Virus record (IMG/VR): IMGVR_UViG_3300044835_000040
Span: 32,001 to 96,000 of that record
DNA: 64,000 nt
Source: a virus
Direction: 5' to 3' (one strand)
Shown here in pieces: positions 25,432 to 33,603 of this stretch. The notes under the pieces were generated by a model. That model made no database searches, was not told where the DNA came from, and saw only the letters and a list, made by a program, of their open reading frames with translations. How positions within the stretch are numbered: position 1 is the stretch's first letter; each line of letters opens with the position of its first letter. The translations under genes and the position numbers were made by a program.

Positions 25432-26142
25432 ATGTCAGATACCGCTCTGCCGGGCGTCACGCTCGACCCTAAGAACGAGAGCGAGCTGGAGGCGGCGTTC
25501 GGCGTCACCTCCAACGCGGAGGAGCTGGTCCGCCAGAACCGTTCGCGTTACACCACGGAGCATCGGGCTGCGCTGACGCAGCAGGTCGACGTGGGTCTCA
25601 CGAGCGAGCTGTACGTGGGCAACCCCGAGCTGAAGCTGGACCCTGTGTCCGGCTCGATCGCCTGGGACTACGGCGCTTCACGGCAGCTGAAGTCGGAGCT
25701 GACGGACGCCGTGGGTCACGAGATCGAGGCGGCGGTCGTGCGCGGCTCGGGCAGCCGGGCCGTGATCAGCTACGTCTACCCCTCCGGCCGCGGTTCGCTG
25801 GAGAAGGACGTGATCCCGTTCGCGCAGGTGTTCGGCACGGCTGAGCAGAAGGCCAGCGCCAAGAAGGACGCGACGCCGACCGAGGCCGCGAACAGCGTGC
25901 TCGGCGACGCCGAGACCGAGGCGGGCAAGCTGATCTCCGAGGCCAAAGCCGAGGCGGCGAAGGTCGTCCAGGACGCCAAGGACGAGATCGCGAAGCTGAT
26001 CTCCGAGGCCGAGGCCGAGGCGCAGAAGATCCGCGAAAAGGCCGCGGAGGAGGCGCCGAAGGTCGCGGAGGAGGCCGCCGCTGAGGCCGCGAAGGGCGAG
26101 GGTGGCAAACCCGCCAAACGTGGCGGCAGGAAAGCGTCCTAG
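25432..26142 (+). CDS. Virion-associated hypothetical protein with Ala/Glu/Lys coiled coil
   Basis: GAGAGGAG RBS; duplicated KLISEA heptads. Confidence 0.65.
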   Translation: MSDTALPGVTLDPKNESELEAAFGVTSNAEELVRQNRSRYTTEHRAALTQQVDVGLTSELYVGNPELKLDPVSGSIAWDYGASRQLKSELTDAVGHEIEAAVVRGSGSRAVISYVYPSGRGSLEKDVIPFAQVFGTAEQKASAKKDATPTEAANSVLGDAETEAGKLISEAKAEAAKVVQDAKDEIAKLISEAEAEAQKIREKAAEEAPKVAEEAAAEAAKGEGGKPAKRGGRKAS

Positions 26143-26175
26143 CCGGGCGGCCACTGGGCCGTGATGAGTCGTTTC

Positions 26176-26203
26176 CGACGGGGCGCCCGAGTGCGCCCCG
26201 TCG
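26176..26203 (+). terminator. Hairpin after the capsid operon
   Basis: CGACGGGGCGC-ccgagt-GCGCCCCGTCG 11-bp stem. Confidence 0.45.
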
Positions 26204-26217
26204 TCGTCTGAGGAGCC

Positions 26218-26874
26218 GTGATGCAAGCACCTACCCCCGCCGAAATCCGTAGCTGGACCCCTCAGATGAACTGGGCGGAATACGACTACGAGGCGCCGCA
26301 CACGTCGACGGCGATCGACCCGTTGGTGCTGGAGGTGGGACTGGCGTGCGATTACGTGGCGTGGGTCTCGGGCCGTCCGTTGGACGCGACGATGCCTCCG
26401 GCGCTCGAACGCGCGGCGCAGAAGGCGGTGGTGCTGCGCACGATCCAGCAGGTGATCCAGGAGTCCGGCGAACAGCAGGAAGACCTGTTTGCGGGCACGA
26501 CGCTGAAAGGCTTTAGCGTGACGGGCTACGCCGAGCAGTATGTCGAGGTCGGCGAGGCCGAGCAGGCTCACCGCAAGGGGATGATGATCAACCCGCAGCC
26601 GGAGCTGAACCGGCTGCTGTGGATGCTCGTGACGCCGCAGCAGCTCGGCTGGTGGCGGGCGTTCCTCTCGGAAGGCGGGATCCCTGCGTACGGCGTGGTG
26701 GAGATGGACTGGAGCGGCGCGAACCGCTACGGCGGCTACGCGGGCATCATGGAGGGCGGCCTGCCGGGTGACTACCCCGGCTATGGCGGCTTGGAGGGCG
26801 AGGGCTGGCCGGGGCTGGGCGCTTGGCCTGCGATGGGGAGCTACCCCGGAATGGTGCTTGGCGGTGGGATATGA
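26218..26874 (+). CDS. Probable head-tail adaptor
   Basis: Synteny; LKGFSVTGYAEQY; Gly/Tyr/Pro-rich tail. Confidence 0.6.
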   Translation: MMQAPTPAEIRSWTPQMNWAEYDYEAPHTSTAIDPLVLEVGLACDYVAWVSGRPLDATMPPALERAAQKAVVLRTIQQVIQESGEQQEDLFAGTTLKGFSVTGYAEQYVEVGEAEQAHRKGMMINPQPELNRLLWMLVTPQQLGWWRAFLSEGGIPAYGVVEMDWSGANRYGGYAGIMEGGLPGDYPGYGGLEGEGWPGLGAWPAMGSYPGMVLGGGI

Positions 26875-27434
26875 GCCTCCGGTCTGCGTGCGTGGATCAG
26901 GCTCGCGCGGTCTACGAGGTCGAGGACGTGACGCAGCCGTGGATCGAGGGCGAACCGGAGTCTCAGCAGGAGCTGGGGCCGTGGTTCGCTTGCCGGTTGA
27001 CAGTCGCGGAGCCGACTGAGGGGACGGGCATCGCGGGGATGCGTGGGCTGGCGGGCCGCGGCTATCACCGCCTGGAAGGGACCGCCAAACTGCTGATGCT
27101 GAACGTGTTCGTCGACGGTTCGTCGGTCACCGACGACACGCCAGGGATCGGGCATTTCATCGCGTTCGACGACGGCATGATGCTGCAGGTCAAGAGCACG
27201 GCGTCGCCGGATGAAGTCTGGCATGTCGCGTCGGGGATCATGCCGATCCGCAAGAAGCGCGGCCGAGCGATCGGCTACCAGTGCGAGCTGCGGCGCGCCC
27301 GCGAGCCTCGTGTCACCACGGGCGTGCTACCGGCGGCGGGGACGCCGGAGCCGGAACCGCTCGTCGGCGTGGTGCGCGAGCGTGCGCGAGGGATCCTGGA
27401 CATCCCGCCGGAGGATCGGGAGGTCGGGTACTGA
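26871..27434 (+). CDS. Probable head-tail stopper
   Basis: Synteny; GPWFACRL; ATGA overlap. Confidence 0.55.
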   Translation: MSLRSACVDQARAVYEVEDVTQPWIEGEPESQQELGPWFACRLTVAEPTEGTGIAGMRGLAGRGYHRLEGTAKLLMLNVFVDGSSVTDDTPGIGHFIAFDDGMMLQVKSTASPDEVWHVASGIMPIRKKRGRAIGYQCELRRAREPRVTTGVLPAAGTPEPEPLVGVVRERARGILDIPPEDREVGY

Positions 27435-27961
27435 TGGGCTACACGCAGAAGGGCGACCTTGTGGCCTTGTTCGACCCGGAGCTGGCACGCCGGACGGTCC
27501 GCCTGATGGCCGAGCGGGGCGGCGAGGCGCTGCTGGTGCGGGTGACCGATAACACGCCGGTCTCCTATCACGGGCTCGCGCTGCAGTACGGCGGCTTCGG
27601 GCATGAGCTTCAGCGCGCGCCCGGCACGTTGAAGCGCAGTTGGCGCAAGCATCCGGCGGAACCGTCGCACGATCGCGTGAACGGCGGCTGGCGGGTGGAG
27701 GTCGACTCGTCTGACCCGATCGCGGCGTACGTGGAGTGGGACACGCGGCCGCACGTGATCATGCCGAAGCTGCCGGGCGGCCGGTTGCGCTTTAGGACGT
27801 GGCCGACGGGGGAGGTGGTGTACGCGAAGGTGGTGCACCATCCTGGGACGACGGGCCAGCACATGATGGGGCTGGCCGTGCACGCGATCCAGCTTGGCTT
27901 CGAGGAGATCGTCTCGCCGGAGCTGCACGAGTGGGCGCGGCGCGCGGAGGCGAAAGCGTAG
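27434..27961 (+). CDS. HK97 gp10-like neck protein
   Basis: NTPV, GTLKRSW, AAYVEWDTRPHVI, VHHPGT. Confidence 0.75.
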   Translation: MGYTQKGDLVALFDPELARRTVRLMAERGGEALLVRVTDNTPVSYHGLALQYGGFGHELQRAPGTLKRSWRKHPAEPSHDRVNGGWRVEVDSSDPIAAYVEWDTRPHVIMPKLPGGRLRFRTWPTGEVVYAKVVHHPGTTGQHMMGLAVHAIQLGFEEIVSPELHEWARRAEAKA

Positions 27962-28549
27962 ATGCGGAATCAGGAAGATGCGATCCGGTCGGTCCGTCGC
28001 TACGTGGGTAGCGCGCTCGGCTCACCGCCGTGGCGGGTGCGGATGAGGATGGACGGCCGGTTCCAGCGGCCGACGGCGCTGGTGCAGGACACTTCGCCTG
28101 CTGGCTGGACCGCGGGCGGCGTGGAGACTGTGGCCGGGGGGATGCAGCTGTCGATCCAGCTGTTCCCGCCGATCGCCAGCTCGGGCACCGAAAACCAGCT
28201 GCTCGCGCAGCGTGCCGCGGATCAGCTGTCGGACGCGATCATCATGGGCGTGGTGGACGCGCACGACTCGTCGGTGCGCGGCTACAGGGAGCTGATCCCG
28301 CTCTGGAGCTACACCGATGAAGACGGCGATCCGCTGCCGCTCGGGATGCGAGCGACGAAGCGCACCCCGAAGGATTTCCTGCGTGTGATGCCCGGATGGT
28401 CGTTCCAGGCGATCCCCGAGGCGCCCGACGATCAGCTGTTCGTCGCCCTCGGAGACTTGCGCGTGCAGTGGTTCAGGAACGCGGGGCTGGCCGAAGATGG
28501 CGCCCTGTTGCAGAGCGTGCCGATCGACGTGAAATCTACTGTCGGGTAG
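27962..28549 (+). CDS. Probable tail terminator
   Basis: Synteny between gp10-like and sheath. Confidence 0.55.
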   Translation: MRNQEDAIRSVRRYVGSALGSPPWRVRMRMDGRFQRPTALVQDTSPAGWTAGGVETVAGGMQLSIQLFPPIASSGTENQLLAQRAADQLSDAIIMGVVDAHDSSVRGYRELIPLWSYTDEDGDPLPLGMRATKRTPKDFLRVMPGWSFQAIPEAPDDQLFVALGDLRVQWFRNAGLAEDGALLQSVPIDVKSTVG

Positions 28550-28562
28550 ACCTGCAGGCTTT

Positions 28563-28582
28563 TAGAAATGCTGGGCTACCCT
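28563..28582 (+). promoter_or_regulatory. Late-type promoter for sheath operon
   Basis: TAGA-aatgctgggc-TACCCT. Confidence 0.5.
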
Positions 28583-28649
28583 CCGACGGACACCTGCTGG
28601 AACGCGCCGAAGTCGACGTGACCGAGATCGTCTGAGAGTGAGAGACCAC

Positions 28650-29102
28650 ATGGCAGAGACAACTTCACCGGGCAGCAAACGGAGTCGCGCGAAAGCGAAG
28701 GGCTCTGAGGAGGAGAACGCTGCCACGGAGGCGTCGGAGGAGACGACCGGTGTCGAGACTCAGGATGCCGAGCAGGACGCTTCACAGGGCGACGGCGAGA
28801 GCAGCGCCGATGCTCAGGCGGGCGACGGCGAGCAGACGCCGGAGCCGCCCGCGGCATCCGACCCGCAGGGCGCTGGCCCGGCCGATGCGGGTGAGGCAGT
28901 TGATGTGAGCGAGGGCGGGGAGGTCTCCCACGCCGTGCTGCTCGCCAACCCCCAGCTTCTCGGTGACTACCCGCCGGAAGCGGTGCGAGGCGTCCTGTCG
29001 GGCGCAGCTGACCCAATCAGCGTCGGGGACGCCAGGACGGCCGTCGCGTCGTTCCTGGAGAGCCCCGTCGTGCCCGAGCCTACATCGACTGAGGAGGCGT
29101 AG
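28650..29102 (+). CDS. Acidic hypothetical protein preceding sheath
   Basis: Low-complexity N-half; position typical of small pre-sheath genes. Confidence 0.6.
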   Translation: MAETTSPGSKRSRAKAKGSEEENAATEASEETTGVETQDAEQDASQGDGESSADAQAGDGEQTPEPPAASDPQGAGPADAGEAVDVSEGGEVSHAVLLANPQLLGDYPPEAVRGVLSGAADPISVGDARTAVASFLESPVVPEPTSTEEA

Positions 29103-29108
29103 CCCGAG

Positions 29109-30608
29109 ATGAGCGGAACCTTCAACCCGACGGCGCTGCCCGATCTACCGGGTGTGTACACGCGTTACTCGGCGGCACCGTCGACCGCGCTGCCGCCTTC
29201 GCCCGGTGGGATCGTCGCGGTCCCGATCGTCCACGACTGGGGGCCTGCGAACACGCTCGTGTTCGTCCCGTCGTTCGGCGAATTCGAGAACATCTTCGGC
29301 GAAGACGACACGGTTGGCCGCCGTGCGATCTTCGATGCGTTCCGCGGTGAGGGCCTGGAGGGGCTGGGCGGCGCCTCCGGCGTGTACGTCGTGCGGATGG
29401 CGGCGAGCACCGCTGCGGCGGGCGCGGTCATCCTCAAAAATCCCGCCAAAGCGGCAGCGGTCTCGATCAAAGCCCGCTACAAAGGCACGCGCGGCAACCG
29501 GCTGCAGATCCTCGCCGGGCCGGTCGTCGAAGGCAAACAGACGATCACGATCCTGGACGGCACTGCCGAACTGGAATCGTTCACGATCGTGCTGGCCGAA
29601 AGTGGCTCGCTGCAGAACCTCGTGAGCACCATCAACGCGGTTTCGCTGTGGGTCGAAGCGTCGCTGACGGCCGAGGGTTCGACGGGGCTGGAACCGGCCA
29701 CGTCGCCGCTCACGGGCGGCCTGGACGGCTCGACGGGCCTGACGGGCACGGACTGGCTGAGCAACGCGAACCTGCTCAACAATGTCGACTTCGCGATCTT
29801 CGCGCCGTACGACCTGCCGTGGGAACCGGGCGAACCGGGTGTCGCGGTCAGGGCGACGATCAACTCGCTGAAGGCGTGGCGTGCCGAACAGGCCAAAGGC
29901 GGCCACCGGTTCGAGATCGTGTTCGGCGGCGCGCTCGAAGAGGACCCGGCGACCGCGATCCTGCGCGCGCAGGAACTGAACGACTCGCCCGTGATGACGG
30001 TCGGCGGGCCGGGTGTGCTGGACGAACTGTTCGGCAAGCGCTCCAGCTCGCAGCTCGCTCCCCGGTACGCCGGGATCCGCGCGCAGCGCGGGGAGACCGA
30101 GAACGCCGACTTCGCTCGGCTCTCGGGCTGCGTCCCGCTCCCGAAGTCCAGCGGCGCGGGCGTCACGTTGACGGAGGTCGAGTCGATGGTGCACGCGGGC
30201 GTGATCTCGCTGCAGCGTGACCGGTACGCCCCGGCGCCTTGCCGGATCGTCAAGGAGGTCACGACGTGGGCACCCGCGCCGCGGACTCCTGCCGAGGCCG
30301 AAAAGCCTCGGGCGATCTACGGTCGGCCGAAGAACGTGATGTCGATGCAGCAGTTCGCCAACGAAGCGGAGGAGCTGCTGGAGACCACGATGATCGGCAA
30401 GACGGTCGTGAACGATGCGACGCGGGCGGCTGCGGCCGCACGGGTGCTGACGCTCGGGCAGAACCGCATCAAATCGGGTGCTTTCCAGGCTGGCTTCAAG
30501 GTCACTCCGGAACCCGGATCGAACAGCGATGAGTTCATCAAGCTGGCGATCGAAATTCCGTTCGGGCGGGCGCTGGCGCAGCTGTTCCTCGACGCCACCG
30601 TGAGCTAG
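29109..30608 (+). CDS. Tail sheath protein
   Basis: LPGVY, DWGP, ARYKGTRGN, LTGGLDG; 499 aa. Confidence 0.9.
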   Translation: MSGTFNPTALPDLPGVYTRYSAAPSTALPPSPGGIVAVPIVHDWGPANTLVFVPSFGEFENIFGEDDTVGRRAIFDAFRGEGLEGLGGASGVYVVRMAASTAAAGAVILKNPAKAAAVSIKARYKGTRGNRLQILAGPVVEGKQTITILDGTAELESFTIVLAESGSLQNLVSTINAVSLWVEASLTAEGSTGLEPATSPLTGGLDGSTGLTGTDWLSNANLLNNVDFAIFAPYDLPWEPGEPGVAVRATINSLKAWRAEQAKGGHRFEIVFGGALEEDPATAILRAQELNDSPVMTVGGPGVLDELFGKRSSSQLAPRYAGIRAQRGETENADFARLSGCVPLPKSSGAGVTLTEVESMVHAGVISLQRDRYAPAPCRIVKEVTTWAPAPRTPAEAEKPRAIYGRPKNVMSMQQFANEAEELLETTMIGKTVVNDATRAAAAARVLTLGQNRIKSGAFQAGFKVTPEPGSNSDEFIKLAIEIPFGRALAQLFLDATVS

Positions 30609-30639
30609 TTCACACGATCTCTAGAGAGGACTGACACAC

Positions 30640-31221
30640 ATGAGCGCAAGGCCCGGAATCGTCCCCCTCACTCCGCAGGAGAACGCGACCCTGAACGAAG
30701 CCCTGTGGCGGATCGGCGGGATGCACGGCCGCGTTCTCGACGCGAACGGCAACCTGCTGCACGAGGCGATCTCGCTCGCTGCTGACGTGAACATCGGGAA
30801 AATCTCGGTGGCTCTCGCGGGCACCGACCGAACCGGCTTCAAGCCGGGCCGTCAGACCCGTGAAGGTACGTTGACGGTGCAGAAGCTCGACACCGCCTGG
30901 GAGATGCAGGTCTACAAGTGGATGTCTCTCACGCTGGATGAACAGCGCGAAAAACGAGGCACGAACGAAGCGCTGATGCGCCCGTTCTCGCTGATGATCG
31001 AACACGACGATCCCGGCGCGCTCGGCCTGGAGAAGTGGCAGGTCGACGGGTGCTTGATCTGGCAGATGGGGATCGCGATGAACATCGGCGAAGAACTGAT
31101 GCAGAAACAGATCCCGATCACCTGGGAGCGCGAGACGCCGCTGAACGCGTTCGTGCGCACCGGGTCCATCGAACCGAACGGGCTGCCCGCGGTCAGATAT
31201 GTGGGGGCTTTGGACGGCTGA
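30640..31221 (+). CDS. Tail tube protein (XkdM-like)
   Basis: Follows sheath; GTLTVQK, DDPGALGLE. Confidence 0.8.
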   Translation: MSARPGIVPLTPQENATLNEALWRIGGMHGRVLDANGNLLHEAISLAADVNIGKISVALAGTDRTGFKPGRQTREGTLTVQKLDTAWEMQVYKWMSLTLDEQREKRGTNEALMRPFSLMIEHDDPGALGLEKWQVDGCLIWQMGIAMNIGEELMQKQIPITWERETPLNAFVRTGSIEPNGLPAVRYVGALDG

Positions 31222-31751
31222 TGCCTGACGGCGAGCGCATCGAGCGTCGTCGGCGCATCGCCCGTGAGAGTTACCACCGCTGTCGCGAGCAGAAAGGGCT
31301 ACCCCGCCGCGGGTCCAATCCTGAGCTGTTCATCGGCACGGGCGAGTTCGTCAATGACGGCTGGCTGAGCGGCTTCATCGACGGCGAGGGCGCGTTCGGC
31401 GGTCACCAGCACCGCTCCGGCGCGTGGGAACCGCGCTTCACGCTGACGCAGCGTGACGATGACTACGCTCTACTCCGGCGCATCGCTGCCGAGCTGGGCG
31501 GCAATCTCTACGTCCAGAAGGCCCGCGGCGCCTCGCGCCCTGTCGCTCGCTGGCATTGCGCTAGCAAGGCGTCGATGCTGCGGCTGGTCGAGTACCTGGA
31601 TCGGTTCCCGCTGAGGTCGCGCAAGCGGCATGAGTACGAACTGTGGCGCTCCGCGGTGCTGATCTATTCGGCCGAGGGTCGGAATGCTCCCGAGCTAAAC
31701 GATCTCGGCCACCGGTTCGTCGCGCTTCGCGACTACCGGGGGAGGGCGTAG
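31221..31751 (+). CDS. Free-standing LAGLIDADG homing endonuclease
   Basis: WLSGFIDGEGAF, FTLTQRDDD, YLDRFPLRSRK. Confidence 0.85.
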   Translation: MPDGERIERRRRIARESYHRCREQKGLPRRGSNPELFIGTGEFVNDGWLSGFIDGEGAFGGHQHRSGAWEPRFTLTQRDDDYALLRRIAAELGGNLYVQKARGASRPVARWHCASKASMLRLVEYLDRFPLRSRKRHEYELWRSAVLIYSAEGRNAPELNDLGHRFVALRDYRGRA

Positions 31752-32044
31752 TGGTCGACTCGGCCGCCGTCCTGCTGGAGCTGCGCGGCCGACTCGCCGA
31801 GAAGCCGTCGTGGGGGCGCCAGGACCTACTGGTCCTGATCGCCGAGCTGGAAGTGCAGCACCGTGTCGACGAGGACGAGTTGGAACGGGCGCTTCGGCTG
31901 GTCCAGCCGACGTTGATGGACACGCTTTTCAACAGACTTCCCGCGCTCGCGCGGGCTGCAATGGTCGCACCGGCCCCTGACGACGGCGAGCAGATCGCTG
32001 ACCGTGATGCACAGGGCGACCGCCATTCGATCGCCGTCGGTTGA
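31751..32044 (+). CDS. Hypothetical protein
   Basis: GTG overlapping the LAGLIDADG stop. Confidence 0.5.
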   Translation: MVDSAAVLLELRGRLAEKPSWGRQDLLVLIAELEVQHRVDEDELERALRLVQPTLMDTLFNRLPALARAAMVAPAPDDGEQIADRDAQGDRHSIAVG

Positions 32045-32060
32045 CGGCACGGAGGTAGAC

Positions 32061-32741
32061 ATGTCAGAGGTCACAGAGGAGCCGCGCACAGCGGCCGAGA
32101 TCGCCGAGGAGGCGGGTGCCGCGCAGGAGCGGGACGGCTCGCAGGAGGCTCAGGACGCCGAGCGCGACGAGGGCGGCAAGTCGGGTGTGCCGGAGCACCT
32201 GAAGCGCGCTGCTCGTGAGGCACGCGAGAACGCCGACGGCGACGTGGTGGTGCTGGAGGACGACCCGTCGATCGAGGCTCGCGACGCCGCGGCGCGCGGA
32301 GACGCGACGCCGGACGAGTGGGCAGAGACGACCGAGTGGCTGCTGAGCGACGAGCCGACGGAAGTCATCACCCGCAAGCTCCGCGTGCGGATCGGTGGCT
32401 CGGACGAGGACCCGCGGTTCGCGAGCTTCATCGTCGGCGCGATCTCGATGGACACGATCCGGCTGGCCGAGCGTGACGCGAGCGGCGCGAATCGCGCTCA
32501 GCGTCGTGGCGGGACCGGCAACCAGAAATACGACGAGCAGCGCGCGAACCTGCGGGTGATCGTCGAGGCGACGCTGAAGCCGGACCTGAAGGAGATCTCG
32601 GGCGCGAAGGGCGTCGCGGATCCGACGGAGCTGCTGCAGAAACGGCTGTCGCACCGGCCGGGTGTGATCGCGCAGATCGCCGGTCAGGTGATGGCGATCA
32701 GCGGGTTCGATGACAACGATGTGGTCGCCGCGGGGCAGTGA
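32061..32741 (+). CDS. Tail assembly chaperone (XkdN-like)
   Basis: ATLKPDL...ELLQKRL...PGVI...ISGFD; GGAGG RBS. Confidence 0.75.
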   Translation: MSEVTEEPRTAAEIAEEAGAAQERDGSQEAQDAERDEGGKSGVPEHLKRAAREARENADGDVVVLEDDPSIEARDAAARGDATPDEWAETTEWLLSDEPTEVITRKLRVRIGGSDEDPRFASFIVGAISMDTIRLAERDASGANRAQRRGGTGNQKYDEQRANLRVIVEATLKPDLKEISGAKGVADPTELLQKRLSHRPGVIAQIAGQVMAISGFDDNDVVAAGQ

Positions 32742-32992
32742 TCCGGGCGGGTCGAGAGGCGACGCGGTTGTTCCTCGTCTGGAAGGCGTCCGGTACGGAT
32801 CCGTACCGGCTGTACAACGGCCTGGACGAGGACTACCGCCCCCTTGGCGACCCGACGGCCCCGCGACGCCCTCCGCTGTACCCGGAGCGGGTGCGTGCCT
32901 TCCTCTATGCGTGCGGCGAGCGCGCGCGAGAGATGGAAATCGAGGATGCGAAGATGCAGGCGACGATCATTGCGAACGCGATCGGTGGCTAG
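32738..32992 (+). CDS. Second tail assembly chaperone ORF
   Basis: -1 frame relative to upstream chaperone; RAFLYAC. Confidence 0.65.
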   Translation: MIRAGREATRLFLVWKASGTDPYRLYNGLDEDYRPLGDPTAPRRPPLYPERVRAFLYACGERAREMEIEDAKMQATIIANAIGG

Positions 32993-33573
32993 TGCCGGAA
33001 TCGCCCATGCACGATGTTGCTGATCGTCGCCTGCGAGACGCCGAAGCGTTTCGCGAGATCGCGCTGCCGGATAGCACCGGCTGCGTAGGTCTCGCGGATC
33101 GTGACGACATCGGCGTTCGAGAGCTTGCAGGTGCGGTGTTCCTGCAGGCCGTCGCGGAGTATGCGCCAGATGGTCTTTTCGCTCAGCCCGAATCGGGCGG
33201 CGAGGGCGAGCTGCGTGACGCCACCCTGCGAGTAGGCGCGGCATACCGCAAGAGCGTCGGCCTGGGAGTAGGCGGGAAGGCTCCGTCGCCCGCCAGGACT
33301 GGCGTTCGTGAGCGCGTAGCCACGGTTGCGCAGTCGGCGGATCCACCGGCACTCCGCGGTGTCGAGATCGCGTACATCGACCGCGACCTGCTGGAGAATC
33401 TGGACGCGGGGCGGCCCGCCGAGGGAGCGAAGCCATCGGCAGACGAGCCGCGATCCACGGCGAGCCGTACCGAGGTGCTGACGCAGGCGCTCGTCCACAC
33501 GGCCGGTCGTCTGCCCGACGTAGCGGGGCTGGCCTGTCGCGGGATCACAGAGTGCGTAGATCGAGCCGACCAC
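32989..33573 (-). CDS. GIY-YIG endonuclease with C-terminal HTH repeats
   Basis: IYALCDP...RYVGQT...RLRQH...AECRWI...LTN; two LAxRFG[LV]S HTH motifs. Confidence 0.85.
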   Translation of the reverse strand: MVGSIYALCDPATGQPRYVGQTTGRVDERLRQHLGTARRGSRLVCRWLRSLGGPPRVQILQQVAVDVRDLDTAECRWIRRLRNRGYALTNASPGGRRSLPAYSQADALAVCRAYSQGGVTQLALAARFGLSEKTIWRILRDGLQEHRTCKLSNADVVTIRETYAAGAIRQRDLAKRFGVSQATISNIVHGRFRH

Positions 33574-33603
33574 GGCGTCATCGTCTCAGGCGAGGCGGCG
33601 TAG

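Noticed and set aside
32725-32745. Programmed -1 frameshift joining the tail chaperones
   Set aside because: Frames are compatible but GCGGGGCAG is not a canonical X XXY YYZ heptamer; the GTGA overlap is explained by coupling.
32710-33603. 297-aa + strand ORF between chaperone and tape measure
   Set aside because: Antisense to a clear GIY-YIG gene, with no recognisable features.
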